In this document: in pieces, positions 26,508 through 41,020 of the stretch
Numbering within the stretch: position 1 is the first letter of the stretch
Layout: each line of letters starts with the position of its first letter
NCBI GenBank assembly: GCA_021613535.1
Contig: CP075492.1
Span: forward strand, 5,022,001-5,086,000
Length of the DNA: 64,000 nt
Direction: 5' to 3'
Source: Adineta vaga
Taxonomy: Eukaryota; Animalia; Rotifera
The notes under the pieces: generated by a model
Database searches by the model: none
What the model was told of the DNA's origin: nothing
What the model saw: the letters and a program-made list of their open reading frames with translations, nothing else
Position numbers and translations under genes: made by a program

Positions 26508-27521
26508 TCAATGATATTCATCACCACAGTCACCGATACTTTGAAATAAATTTTGTGATTTCCGAGAGATGACCTCAATCTTCTCAATATCATCAGCATC
26601 AAGATTAAATTGAAATACTTTATTAGTGTCTTGTAAATGACTTAATCCTAATCTAGCACCGATAATAACACCTCCTACTGCTGGTTTATCTAGAATATAA
26701 CGTACAGCAACGTTAGCAATACTAACATTGTATTTGTTGCCAATTTGTTTGAGAATAACAAGAAGTTTTTGAAATAATTGCCAACCTCCCCATCGATCAA
26801 TCATATTCTTATATTTTTTTAAACTAGCAGTATTAAGATCTACATTTTGTGGTTCAAGTTGATCAAGATATTTTTCTGATAATAATCCGCCACAGATTGT
26901 CCCATAAGTTAAAAGTTTAATATTGTGCTGTTGACAAAATGGTATCATAGACACTTCGGGACGACGATCTATGATAGAATATTGTACTTGATTGGAAATA
27001 ATTTTAATACCCGCTTCATAAATGATTTGTAATCGTTTCGTATCAAAATTCGTTAGAGCGAGATGTTTAATTTTACCTTCTTTTTGTAATTCAGATAAAT
27101 AACGTAAAGCATCGAGATAACTGTTATTATCGTAGTCCCACCAATGAAACTGAAGTACATCTAATGATTCCATACCTAATCTTGTTAGAGATTTGTTAAT
27201 ATTTTGTTCAACCAATTGTTTCGTCATTTTTGTCGGTTGTGGTACCCATTTTGTAAAGATTTGTAGATTATCTACAGCAGCTTTATCACGTGATGCAAGT
27301 AATTGTTGTCTGAATTCACCCATTATATCTTCAGCTGGTCCATAGATATCGGCAAGATCCCATGTAGTATAACCACCATCCAAATAATCAAACATCTGTT
27401 TCACAGCAGCTTTCGCATCAATTCGGCCATGTGCTCCACTCACTTGCCACATACCAGTTAAAATGCGACAAATACTCATGTCAGGTGTTAGTTGAAGTCG
27501 ATTTAATGTAGATAAAGCCAT
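26508..27521 (-). CDS. Aldo/keto reductase, bacterial/cyanobacterial-like subfamily
   Basis: G.WQ, D.ADIYG, TKW, LQFHWWDY, NQVQYS.ID.RP and C-terminal GDCGDEY. Intronless, 337 aa. Confidence 0.9.
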   Translation of the reverse strand: MALSTLNRLQLTPDMSICRILTGMWQVSGAHGRIDAKAAVKQMFDYLDGGYTTWDLADIYGPAEDIMGEFRQQLLASRDKAAVDNLQIFTKWVPQPTKMTKQLVEQNINKSLTRLGMESLDVLQFHWWDYDNNSYLDALRYLSELQKEGKIKHLALTNFDTKRLQIIYEAGIKIISNQVQYSIIDRRPEVSMIPFCQQHNIKLLTYGTICGGLLSEKYLDQLEPQNVDLNTASLKKYKNMIDRWGGWQLFQKLLVILKQIGNKYNVSIANVAVRYILDKPAVGGVIIGARLGLSHLQDTNKVFQFNLDADDIEKIEVISRKSQNLFQSIGDCGDEYH

Positions 27522-28119
27522 TAATATTAGTTTGATGTGTATACAGTTTTCAAATAAAATTCCTCAAGATATACTTGATGAAATAAAGAGTATGGTCTAG
27601 AAGCACTACGGAAATCAATGATGTGAAAAAGAAAGATTTTGATCTGTTGTGTTACTCGTATGAAATGATACTACTTATGATGCTATAGATCCAGTATAGT
27701 GGACATGTGTATTTAAATTTATTTCACTATTTTATTTATATTTGAATGTGAATCATAATGTCAAGCACTTTGATTGTTGAATGTCTAATACAATTACGTA
27801 TCAAAATGACAGATGGCAGGCAACTATGAGTGATATGCTAAATCGAGTAATATAGCATATATCCGAAAAAAGTAGTTTGAGATGGCCATTATGTCACTAA
27901 TCGATTTCTATTTGTTATTATATTTAAAATCGATATGTACAAGAAGAAAAATAAAGATTTCTTTGACAGGAATAAGTCAAAGATGAGAAATTTATTTTAT
28001 TCAATGGAAAAAAAAGTTAAACAATTGTTTGAAGTAACAGAATAGAAGATTATAATGATGAAATTCATCTGTGAGGGTTTGGAAAATCAAAATGTGCCAT
28101 TTCTCAATGATTAATTCTG

Positions 28120-28880
28120 ATTCAATTTCGATTACTTAAATCTCTTTGTGATATATTGAAACAAACTGTTGCGGATGCCCTCTTACAATTGAATACTAGT
28201 AATTTTATCAATATTTACCTTTTATCTCCATATGTATTCAATAAAAGAATTCAGATTAGTATCGATCAGTTTCAATTGACAATACCAAATCGGTTTCGCA
28301 ATTTATTTGATTTAATTCGTGACGTGATAGGTGCCAATATGATTATGAGTATGTTATCTACGAATTGGTTAATCATCACTGAAGATATAATCAATCCTGG
28401 ATGGAATGCATATACAAAAGCTGTTGTCTATGGTGACTGTAATTGTGGATTGTCATATAGATGTACTGAAGAATCACAGGGTATGATGATTGGTTGTTAT
28501 TCATTAGAAGCTCTCCTTCGAACAACAACTGAATGTTTTTAAAATCAAGATTGTATTAATTCACATGGAAATTTTTCAAATTTGAGTATTTCTACTCTGG
28601 AAATGAATCAAATCAATCTTAATAGAACTGTTGGGTCATTAATCAATTATCTTATGGTCGAAAAATATTTCACGAATATATCTTATGAAAACTTTTTCTC
28701 AATGTAAACCAATCTTATGTACGTACTCTTAAGACGACTCACAAAGTACCATGGAAGCAGTTACATTCATCGTCGCATTATATGGTGGTTTGGTTGTTCT
28801 TACTCGTTGTATTGCTGTTATTATTGTGCAATTATATAAATTTCGAAAACATCAAATCCATTCACAGACATTGACATAAT
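28120..28880 (+). pseudogene. Fragment of the same Cys-rich TM family as 15626-17000
   Basis: CNCGLS..C, GCYSLEALL..T.ECF*, C.P..CTY and ALYGGL motifs, with in-frame stops and no 5' exons. Confidence 0.55.
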
Positions 28881-29279
28881 CAATGAAAACATTCACGTTT
28901 TCTTTGAACCTTTATTTATGTTGTATACCCTCAGTGGCGACTCACTGCTCAATAATATGTTGTTCAAAATGTTTTGCCGAAAAAATATTTTATATTAACA
29001 TAGTTGTTAAATTATATGTCGGGCAATGTGATGATTTTGCATAGGTAAATGTTATGTCAATTATTTCTATCATTTTGTTGATGATACATTTGAAATGAAA
29101 GAGAGAAAACGTGTTATTGCGAGGCAATACTTGTACATAAGAGTTCAAAATAGGACTGGTTAAATCTTCTGAAAGTCTTCTTATCTGTCGACTTCCATTG
29201 GGTGCAATAGAATCGAGTCTTTTTTCAGGTACAGTTAAATCCATCGTACTGATTTGAATGCATTTGTTCTTTATATCGT

Positions 29280-30165
29280 AGGTGCTACTTTTTATTTATC
29301 TAATTGGGCTACAAGACGTGAGTACTTGCTGGAGCTTTGGGTGGTATTCTTGGTTATTTGATTAATAAAATGAATAAAATAGGTGGTCAACAAGGTTGGC
29401 GATGGATTTTCTACGTCGAAGGAATAATAACGGTTTTTGTTGGCGGACTAGTGTTCTTTATTTTGCATGATTTTCCAACTGACCGGCTAATATTTCCTAT
29501 TGAAAAGGAATTTAATCGAGTACTTACACGTTTATAAACTGATACTAACCTAGGAACAAGTATGTACAGTATTTTCAGAATGAAGAGTTTACCCTTGGTC
29601 ATTATTTTTTCCGGATATTTCTGTGTCCATCTTTTCACTTTCTCTTTTCTCACTCACGATTGTACAAGTCTTGGATTTGTTAGTTATCAAGCACACCTTA
29701 TTGCAACAATGAGTACGGCCTATTTCTCGGATATATAGGCTAGACGTGCAACTTTTATTCTCTTCTTGTTAACTATTAGTATTACAAGACTTTTGTGTTG
29801 CAACATGTATTACATTTCTACCATGTGATATTAGTCCACATACAAAACGAAGGACTTCATTAGCATTTATGTTACCAGTAGGAAGTTTGGGAGGAGTAAT
29901 TAGTGGACAAATATATCGACAACAAGATGCACCTCGCTTTATACGTGGCCATGCGTTTAATCTTGGTTTTTGTGGCTTGACTTTTATTGGTGTGGTCATT
30001 ATTCTGATCAGTCTTCATCAGTCAATTTCTAAATTCACCGCTGAATCAGAAAAAAACACCAACCAATTGGATTTTGAAAATATATCTACAGAACAGATTC
30101 GTAATTTAGGTGATAAGCATGTGTCATGGCGATATATTCTACGGATGTACTTTTTTATAATGTGA
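29280..30165 (+). pseudogene. Decayed fungal-type MFS transporter (Dal5/Tna1 anion:cation symporter family)
   Basis: GG..GWRWIF..EGIITV, LHDFP and GG.I..QIY..QDAPRF..GH motifs in different frames, with deletions between them. Confidence 0.7.
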
Positions 30166-30526
30166 TAGACATTTATTCATTCAATTCACATATTTTGAAT
30201 TGAAAAATATAAGCTACACCAGTGTAGTATTAGATTTAAAGAAAAACAAATAATATATATATACAGACACAAACGTCACTCACTACGAAAATTGGTCTTG
30301 AAAATAAAATGATTACCCTTTTTCTTATAGTGCTGTTCTAATTCTTCTCAGTTCCGTCGAATTTTCGACTACCTTATACTCTACGCTTCATAATTGCTTC
30401 GAGCAATAAGCAAAGAAAAAAAAATTTCTCACACATTTTGAAAGAAATCATATAAAACAAATAGTAACGCGAAAGATGAAAAAAAATTGTTTTTCGTTGA
30501 TTCTATTTGTTAATAGAATACACATA

Positions 30527-32075
30527 ATGCAAATTTTTATAACATTGATTTTATATACATTTCTACTAGGTGTTCAAAGTTCGTTGATCTATATCTTTCC
30601 CTGATTGACTTATTTTAAATGATACATTTCAGGTCAACGTGCGAGTCCATTTAACTATTACTGTCCTGTGAATAATTCAACGATTGAATTTACATTAACT
30701 TCGACTGATCACTCTGCATGGCAACTGACAACAAATTGTTCCATAGTACCATGTGACGCAAACTTGAAAAATAATGATAGCTGTCGGTCATTATCGGGAC
30801 CTTGCTTTGATTATCGTACAATCGGTAATATTAGTTATTGTGCACCGGCAATTTCATGTTCAACACTGGAACCTTGTGATAATGTGACACGTTTTTGCAG
30901 ATCAAATAGTTCTGTTTGCATTACCAACTCATGCTGTTCTCCACAAGCAGTGTGCTTACCATTATCTGCAACAAATTTTTGTATGAAAAGTAAGGTTTTT
31001 TGATTATTAAATGATGAAGATTTGAGATGATGTATTATCCTGTACATATATATATTAGTTTCTTCATTTAGAATGGTTAAACACCAATAGAATGAATCAT
31101 CCACGCGTTGGGCACACTGCAACTGTATTACTAACTGGTGAAGTGCTAGTTGCTGGTGGTGAGAATTTAATAGAAGGTGATTTAAAAAGTGCTGAAATAT
31201 ATGATTCACTTACAGAACTTTGGACAATGACTGATAATATGGCATATCCAAGACAACAATACACAGCAACTTTACTAAATAATGGGAAAATACTAGTTGT
31301 TGGTGGATATAACAATGCTACTTGGACGAACAGTAGCGAATTGTATGATCCAATAACAAGAAGATGGATAGTAACTGGTAGTCTAGCTAACGAACGATTT
31401 CAACACGGAGCTTCTTTGTTACTTAATGGGAAAGTTTTAGTTAGCGGTGGAAGTAACTCAGTATCAGATCTGAACAGTGCTGAATTGTATGATCCATCAA
31501 CAGGAGTATGGACTAGCACTAACAATATGCGAGATACCCGAGGTCTACATACGTCATCTGTACTTTTCGATGGTCAAGTATTAGTTACGGGAGGGCGATA
31601 TCAAGGCTTGAATAGTGCTGAATTATATGATCCATCAACAGGAACTTGGACAGTTACTACCAGTATGCATATCCAACGCCGTATTCATACAGCATCTGTA
31701 TTATCAAATGGAAAAGTGCTAATCGCCGGCGGAGATAATAACAGTCCAAGCCCTACTTATCTGACAAGTGTTGAATTATATGATCCAATGACTAGACTAT
31801 GGACGAACATTAACAGTTTAAATCATGCTCGTGCCAAGCATACAGCAACTATTTTAAAGAATGGCAATGTGTTGATTACGGGTGGATACGATGGAATCAA
31901 TTTCACAGCGACTGCTGAAATATATGATGTTTCAACAGGAATATGGACAAATATTGGAAATATGTATGATGGACGACATTGGCATGTAAGCTCGAAACTA
32001 TTAAACGATAAGATTCTAATCACTGGTGGAGGGCGTGAAAACGGTGGGGTCTTGGATGGAGCAGAGATATTTTGA
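30527..32075 (+). CDS. Secreted Cys-rich + Kelch-repeat (galactose-oxidase-like propeller) protein
   Basis: Signal MQIFITLILYTFLL, a Cys-rich exon, then ~7 repeats of R..HTA..L.NGKVL..GG...AELYDP.TG.W. Confidence 0.85.
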
Positions 32076-32976
32076 TCATTACAGAAGAAAAACTAAGATA
32101 AATGATGAAATTTTCAGTTTTATTTTTAACAGATCGTACAATAAATAAAAAAGATGGGAAAAAGTTATTTCTTTTTATCTAATCCAATTTGTGATTGAAA
32201 ATCTTCTGTATTCAATCGATGCGTTAGTTTAGTCAGAACGCAGTATGTAATAACTGTATTATACTTTATGAATTTTCGCGTTTAGAGAAGATCATAAGAT
32301 TTTATTGGGTATTTTTGTTCATTTATGATAATTTGTGGATAAGGAAAATTCGATGTTCTCCATATAAATTTCTTTTTCGAATGAAATCGTCATGTATGAA
32401 TGGATCATCAGCGGAAATTTTGTGTTTGAAGAAATACTTGAATTCTCATTATTTTCATGTCTACATTAGTTAATGACAAGAGTTTCTTTGTTTTAAAGTT
32501 CAATCGTGAATGAGAGAAAGAAAAATTACCTATTTTCTCTCTGCTTCGTATGATAAACATATTTCAATATTATTATGTTCCTAAAAGATTCTTTGATTGC
32601 TTAAAAAAATAATAAAAGGTTAGTAGTGAGTGCTATTGTTGAGGACATTTTCACTCATACACTTGAGTTAGTTAGAAACAATATTTTTCTTTAATAGTCG
32701 AAAAGGACATTCTGTTGACGCTATTCATTGATGACGTTTATAGTTTTTAATTATCAGAAGTCGTCTTTCCAGGAGAGTTTTTCCATTGATGCAATCTGTT
32801 TATTATATTGTGCGCAATAAGAAAAATATGCTGAGGTAGTTTTCTAAAAGCACAATGGTTTCTTTTTTTTTTCTTTTCTCTCGCGATTAAATATTAATTA
32901 GGCCGTTGTTCTTATAATGAGAAAAAAATGATAGTACTGGAAAAGATGTGTATAAAAAATAGAAAGAATTGTAGAG

Positions 32977-35123
32977 ATGTTGTGAATAGTTGTTTCTATA
33001 ACATTCTGCTCTGTTGTGAATTCTCTGCGAATTGGTAAAATTGATAATTTTCGAATGATCGGTGTGATACAAAAATCATTGGTCAATGTCAGTCAAGAGC
33101 AATGTATTTGTGATATGATGATGAATAGAAATGAATCAATATCTGCATTAAATTACTATCTCAATGATCGGAGTTGTGACATTTTCTTTTCTAATAGTAG
33201 TTTAATTAGGGTGACAATGCAGTCGAATACTTCGTTACTATTTATCAACGGATCACTCATATTATTCACGATTGCTTCAACCACGTGTAAGTTCTATCAT
33301 CATTTGAAAATGTGTCAGAGAAGGACTATTCTTTGATTTAAAAAAAACACTTGAGCGAAGACTATCAGAAAGAAACAGAGAGGACTTTCATTTGAGATTA
33401 AAAAAAGCAGTTTTTCATACGTTGAAACATCGACTGTATATCATTTAATTAAATTAGCAATAAGCACATCGTCATCATCTTCTAATACAATCTCATCGTC
33501 CACCACTGCAACCTCATCATCGTCATCTTCTTCTACTACAACATCAATATTTCCTCGTAAGTGACATGTTTCATCATTTCTTGTGTTTTTTCGTGGAATA
33601 TTCGTAATGAAAATCACGAGTATTTCTCTCCTAATACATACAGAAGAATATTTGTGTAAGTCTCACTCATAATGCATCGATTTCTTTTATCTATCATCAG
33701 TTTACACTGAGAATAGAGAATGAAAAGCTTTAGGAGCAAAATGCAAAGTTCTGAAAATGTCTGATCTTAATGAAAATGATTTATTCAGATATCCGAATGT
33801 CGTTGTTTGCATTTTTGAAACTTTAGATGTGACACAATATTTTTATTCACTACCTTCTGTCGTTAATAATACTTCGAGTATTTAACAAACTTGAAATTTT
33901 TCATACACGACAGTCTTCTACTAGATCAATTATTTACAAACGCAGGTAGAATGAATAACAAATAGTATCTCGTGTAAGAAATGTTTTTATTCCAATTGCA
34001 TCAATGAAAAGCTGAATATCTATCGAATAGTGTAGTATGTTAAAAGTATGATAAACTTCGAAACAAAACTGTTTTTTTCTGACAGCTTGTGCCAACAACA
34101 GTTTATTCTACACACATACTACTTGTCCAGTTGGTTATAATCCAAGGGCACTAGCGGCAGTTGATATGAACCATGACAGTATGCCTGATATTGTTGTCGC
34201 AAATTTTCTTTCAAATAACGTCGGAATTCTTTTGAATAATGGTAGTGGTTCGTTTTATGCTCAAAAAACTTATTCAGTCGGTGATAGTCCACCATCAGTA
34301 GCAGTGGCTGATGTGGATGGTAACAATGAATCTGATATCATCGTTTCTCAATGGAATAGAAAGGTCGTAAGTGTGCTTGCTAACATACGTAATGGCACCA
34401 TTACTTCTTTCTATAACTATACTGTTGATTCTAATCCGGCATATTTAGCAGTCGCTGACATGAATGGTGATAACAAACCTGATATCGTTGTCACAAATAT
34501 ATATGCGTACAACATCAGCGTTTTTCTCAATACAGGAAACGGCACATTCTACCAACAAAGTGAGTATAATGTTGGTACTACTCCATGATCAATAGCATTA
34601 GCTGACGTAAATAACGATAATCAATCTGATATTATTGTTGGTAATTTTGATTCACATGACGTCAGTGTTCTTCTCAACAAAGGTAATGGTACATTCTATT
34701 CTCAAATTAAATATTCAGTTGGCTTTTATCCACGATCAGTAGCAGTAACTAATATTAACAACGACAACATGCCTGATAGTGTTACTGCAAATAACGGCGC
34801 GAATAGCGTCAGTGTTCTTCTCAATATTGGTAATGGCACATTTGATTCTCAAATCAAGTACTCGGTGGGTGCAAGTCCAATAGCAGTAGCAGTAGCTGAT
34901 GTAGATTATGACAAAAAAAACTGATATTGTTGTTGCAAATCACGGTACTAATACTATCAGTTTACTTCTCAATAATGTTAACGGTTCTTTTTCTCAAATT
35001 GTCTGTAAGGTTGAAAATAATCCACATTTTGTTGCAATATTGGATGTGAACAATGATGACAAATCTGATATTCTCGTGACAAACTATGGTGATGAAACTG
35101 TTACTGTTCTATTTCATTGTTGA
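32977..35123 (+). pseudogene. Apple-like + S/T linker + FG-GAP/VCBS repeat secreted protein, disrupted
   Basis: Repeated D.N.D...DIVV.N motifs. In-frame TGA at ~32983 and at 34586, and a frameshift near 34910. Confidence 0.7.
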
Positions 35124-35286
35124 AGCTTTACTTGTTCGTAAACATCACATATGCTTATCATGCAACACTTGTTGGTAAACTTTTCTAATATTTTTTTTGC
35201 GTACTCAGCTTTATAAAATTTCTGTGACGTACACTGCTTAAACTTTTAAAAGTAAATTATTCTCAATCAGAATGAAAGATCTCATA

Positions 35287-38200
35287 TTATGTATCGGATG
35301 TTGAGATAGTCACTATTGGTGGTGGTCGTTGTGATGACATTTTAACTCGATCCATAGCAGTCATAATCCAATTCATCGCAGGAATCGACTAAAAGAAATG
35401 ATATTTATACATATCAAAAAATTATTCTTATTCATCTAAGTACATACTTGTTTCGATTGTGCGTTCAAACTATCAATTACAGTACGCATTTGATTACTTT
35501 TACGTTTTAAATTTTCAATTTCAGCTTTAAGTTCATCTGTTTCTGAAAATCTATAGATTAAATTCACATTTAAATCTCCTCAATAGAATGATATAAACAT
35601 TAAACATACGTTGGTACGATTAGAGTCGAACTATCACAATACATTCGATCAACAAAAGTTCGTGTATAATTGTATGTAGCAGCATTTTCAAAATCTGTCC
35701 AATCACAATCCATTTGTTTTGTAGCCAAACGCTCTAAATCCAAGAACTGATTTTGTATTTTTTCAAAGATTTCTAACTTACTAAATACTCGTACAACATT
35801 TCCACGTCGAAGACAATACTTTATCAATGTACAAAAATAACCCACTATTGACAGAGGTGGATAGGCGAATAAAGGTTGTTCAAAATAATCACGAATTAAT
35901 TCATATCGTTGATAACGCCAGAAATATTCAGATTTCTCTTGTACATCATTGATCGTAAAACTAAATAATATAATTTACAAATCTTGACTTTCCAATTTTA
36001 CTTACTTGAAAACAGCAATCAACAAATTGAGAATCAGAATATTAATGAAAAGCATATGAAAAGCAAGTAGTATATGATTGATCGTTGCTTCAGCAATTGC
36101 ATCTTTAGTACTGGATTCTGAATCAATAATATCTTATTATAGAAAAATAGATATAGACTATCGATATTCTTTACAAATATTAATCTTCTTACCATCTAAA
36201 TCCTGTCTTTCGTCATCAACAATTGAATATAAAAACCAATAAGGTCGATATAAAATACTAGCCGATAAATGCTTTGCATTCAATTCAATATTCGCATATC
36301 TTGTCAATGATCGTGATACAATGCCATATGCCGCAATACAAACAAAAATAATATAAATAAATCCAATCAAATCTCGTAACTAAAACATGAATAGTATAAT
36401 TTGATGTCAATTAATTTTAATACATACCATATTTCTTATCATGAATAATTTTGGTCCAAGAAGTTTAATAGCACTTACAAAACGTAGTGAAAATAGAAAC
36501 CATACTTCTAAATCAATTGCTAAGATAATTCTATAGAGAAAAATCAATACAATAATAGATTATTTATCATTGTAGAAATACCTAGCTGATGTGAATAGAT
36601 CTGATCGAGTTCTTGAAACAAATTTAAGTCCAATACCAATATAAAACAGAACATATGGTAATGCATATACACCTAGCATCCATACATCAGTTTGATGCCA
36701 CCGTTCTAACATTTGTGTTAAATATTCGAACAAATGCTATATTCAAAAGAGATATATTAACATTTTAATGAACGAAATTTATATTACCTTTCGAATATCT
36801 TCAATAAGCATGGCAGAAATAGTAATAATTACATAGATTTCAGTCCAATGTATTCTTGTTTCTGAAGATTTCATTTCAAATAGCATCATATTGCTAAAGG
36901 CAAGTAGCATCCAAATGTAGAACAACTATATATATATAACAATGATTTATACATGTGAAAGAAGAAACACATACGAAATCGTAACACATTCTAACGAGAG
37001 GTGTACGGTGAAATTCTCGCACTTTTTGAAAATAATTCAATTTGGTACCGTCTTGATCTTTGATACCTTCCCATCTAAATAAATTCGTTTAGTGAAAATC
37101 TAGTTTTCAATCATCTTAATAATAAAATGTATACCGTCGTTTAGAAAACGATTCTTTCTCATCTGGAGAAGTATTCAACTATATAAATAAAGAAAATTAA
37201 TATTAATCTATGAAGAAAGTTATCAATAATTCAAAACTACATTTCTTTGTGTATTCGTTTCTCTAATATCATTTCGATAGGAAAGAAACCATGGAGCAGG
37301 TAAACCAATAAATAGAAGACTTGTAACGAATGCTAACTTGGATAGTGACGATTGATTCGTAGTTTCACGTAAAACTCCACACCATTGTCGATTGAGTACT
37401 TGATCAAAACATCGACTATTAATAAATGATCTAATACGAAAATGAATTGCTACCTAAGATAATCCTGTATGATTCGATCATTGAAATTAAATGTCTTAAA
37501 AGAATCTTACTTGCATACAAGTAATATTTCCAAACAAGGGAATTTCACGTAAAAGTAATTGACAAGCTCGACGTTCACTTCGTTTATAGCAATCATCGAT
37601 ACACGCAGTGGCAAATCGTTCATAATCGTTCGATTGTTTTTGAAACTTATGTACTCGATCTAAATAACTATCTGACGTTGACATCAAACGATCAGTTATA
37701 CCAGTAGCTACAAGAGCGGCACTGATTCGAGATTTTAATTGAAGTAATAACACAAATGCCATTTCAGAATATCCTTCAACAACTGCCCATAAGAAAATAT
37801 CACGTAACATTTCTTGATTACCAAATGTTTTAGCAATAGCAAAACGTTCTAAATTTATTTGCACTGGATCTAATCCAGTGATCATTACTATAGCTGGTAA
37901 TTTAGATGGATCTTGTCCTTGAGAATTCTCTCTATTTAAATCACTCCAATGTGGCTTCTCCGGTGGTTGATATGGTGATACTGTTGTATATTTCTTTAAA
38001 CATATCAATCGTTTATACAAAGAATGAAGTTTAGTACGTAAATCTATTTCAAGACGATCACTTGCTGATCGTACACGAAAGAATGATTCAGCATAAGGTC
38101 CAATAAGTCGGTAATAAAGATGATCGAGATCACTAAGTGAATAGACATGATCAGAATTCTAATATAGAAAAACATACAGAATATATACAAAAAGAACTTC

Positions 38201-40417
38201 TTATTGCGAACAGTATATAATTACCTTACGATGTTCATTTGTGATACGATATAAATGAGTAATAAGAAATTTAAGAGCATATGAAGCACGTATATTTGCT
38301 TCGTCAATTTCATATTTTGTAATATCATCTAATGTTAAAGATTGTTGTTTACTATGATCAGCTTGAATTCTAATTTTATTTCTATCAACTTGTAAAGTTA
38401 ATATCGCAGCTCGAAGTGATGCAATTATATCTTGTGCCATATTTCTATCCGGAGTCTTCTTAAAATTGATATATTCACTTGTTTCAAGTACATCGTATTG
38501 TCGTCGAAGGAAATAGTCGACAAATGCAGGACGATTCGTTATTAATGCTTTTTCGAACAAGTCAACATTCCACATTGGATTATTTTTAAATATCTGTATA
38601 TATAGATGAAGAAGAATGTAAGACATATTCAATTAGTTTCTATACCTCAGTATTTTCAAATTCATTGATACCATCTACATAATTCCATTTCACTGCTAAA
38701 TCTAACATTTTTTTTACATGATCAATTTGAATATTCGTATTTTCTCGATGCATATGAGCTAATACAAAGATGAGATTTAGTTGTATTTTGAAAAAGAAAT
38801 ATCTGAATAGCAAACAAACCTTTGAAAACAGCTAAGAAAATAGTATCAGTAAGACTAGTTTTGTCACTTAGTCGAAATAAAGTTAAATACGCTCGATTTT
38901 TTGGTAATAGGATGAATTGAATATTGGAAAAGATTTGTTCTGATAGTCTTTCATTTCTATTATGCAATAAGGTAGTCACACTCTTGAATTGACGTTCAAC
39001 TTCATCTTTTCTAGAATCAATATAAGCATGTTACTTATATCTATATCCCAATTAGATTTTCATACCCAACAGTGGAATGATTGTACGTTAATTCTAATAA
39101 ATTACCAATTGCAGTAGCTAAACGACCACTACCATGAATAATCACTACAGGACGTTCTGCATCGAGATCATGTCTAATAATTTCAAGAGAATTTAATCCA
39201 CCTTCGACAAGTATTGTTACTGTATGACATTGAGTTAGTTTTTTTAATTCTTCGACAAAAATCGAACGTGGTTTATCGGTAATATAGAATCGTTCCGTTA
39301 TTGTAGATGTACAACGTTCACCTTGACTACCATCATCGAGTAATAATAAATGCGTATGATTATTTTCAAATGTATCAGGTTGATTTTCATCTAATGTAGA
39401 CCATGAAGCAATATCATCATCTTTATCACGTCTGAGTAGTAATGGTGCTTGCATTTTAGGAATGCTTGTTCGTCTCGTTTTATTTTCAGCTAAATCTGCT
39501 TGTGCCTATAGAGAAAAAGATGTATACACGATGAAATAGTGATTATTAAAGAATCAAATACTTGTTTTCGAAGTACATGTCGTGTTCGATCAGACAAACA
39601 ACCCCAACTACTGAGTCCAATTACAGTATGAGTGGATGGCTTTTCATTGAGTAATGCATATCGTTCGACACTTTGACCAATTACTTTCGATATACCACTA
39701 TTCAAACCTGCGGTTAATATCCATACACCTTTGAATGAAAATATTCGTCTTTTTCTTTCAAAAAAAAGAATTAAATCTACCTTCAGTGGCAGCAGCTAGA
39801 CCAATACCTTCCATAAATTCTTTTTCTAATTTATCATTCATTTTAAAATATTTAGCACCACCATAGCAACTAATTAGTAAATCTGGATTCTTGTTATTTG
39901 CATCAATCTTTAATATTTCAGCCATAGTTGATAGACTTGTTCTAAATAAACGGAATTAAAATGAATTCGAAATAAAAAGAGATATTCACTTCGGTTCTTT
40001 ATTTTCGGTAGTTGTACTTGTAACTGCATTCATTGTCGTACGTGTATGATCCCATCGTACAAACTAAAGTAATCATAAACAGAGATCAAATCACACTAAT
40101 CGGACTTTTTTTGTGTATTATACCTTTGTTTTATTGTTCCATATACCGTACACAGATACGGGAACTTCAGTAGCATGTTCAAACTTTTCCCAACTTTTAC
40201 TTTCACGAAGATTAGTTAGAGGATTTTGTTCGAAACTATGAAATCGTAGACGACGACCACAAACACAAGGATCGGGAGTATTCTTCGCATTAGTTTCTTC
40301 TTCTCTTGAATATAAATGGCATGTTGAACCAAATAGTTCTCTTTCTGTAACTGCTTTAGAAATCAGTCCTATCCAAGAAAGATCTTCAATATGTTCTGTT
40401 TCATGTCTCTCAGTCAT
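35287..40417 (-). CDS. TRPM-family cation channel (SLOG/MHR N-terminus, 6TM, TRP box, coiled coil; no NUDT9 domain seen)
   Basis: Multi-exon. LLISCYGG, WILTAG.NSG, IG.SSWG, NHTHLLL.DDG, VEGG, GSGR.A, LGPKLFMI, NLLIAVF and WRYQRY...PPLS motifs. Confidence 0.9.
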
Positions 40418-40616
40418 GATTCTAAAAATACTGAAAAAGAAAAATTTTTGTCGTTTTTCATTTTGAAAAACTTGTCAATCTTTTCTTTTTCTTCCACTTT
40501 TACATATAAGCATTGGTAACCATGGTGTAGACAACTTCCGTCAATGTCTTTTTTCTCTTTCCTGCTTTTTTTTTCTAACCATCCCTACATCATAGTGTAA
40601 TACGTGTGTTTAAATT

Positions 40617-41020
40617 ATGACGACGTTTGAGAGAATGCAACAACCTTGGACACTCCTTGATTCAAAAGAAAACGTTTTTGAGCAGATCGAGCATTACAAA
40701 GACAAACTTGTAGTGATCATATTTAATTTAAAGTAAGCTATGAAAATTTTAATGAAATATAATGAACAACTAGCTGTTGTAGTGATCTCCCACGTAATTC
40801 TATTGAACAAACACTTAAATGGTAGAGACATAAATATGAAGATTCATTCGGTACTGTTTTCTTCAAATGTTCGGTTTTACAAAAAAGTGATGAATTAGCT
40901 CGCGATTTCAAAGTAGATCAAGCACCAACAATTGTATTCTATCGGAACAATAGTGAATGTGGACGTTTAATAAAACCAACAGACGAAGAACTAATGAATA
41001 GATTAGAAGAACTTAAATAA
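40617..41020 (+). pseudogene. Thioredoxin-fold small protein lacking WCGPC, with one in-frame TAG
   Basis: KDKLVVIIF, an intron, then CCSD...FFKC...ELARDFKVDQAPTIVFYRN..E. TAG at ~40823. Confidence 0.55.

Noticed and set aside
32638-32722. GGACATT motifs resembling the 55.6-kb TIR
   Set aside because: Too short and degenerate, and no partner end was found.
32977-34588. TGA recoding (Trp or Sec), suggested by in-frame TGAs at Trp/Arg-like positions
   Set aside because: Many intact genes here end in TGA, and the same gene also has a frameshift. Ordinary nonsense mutation is simpler.
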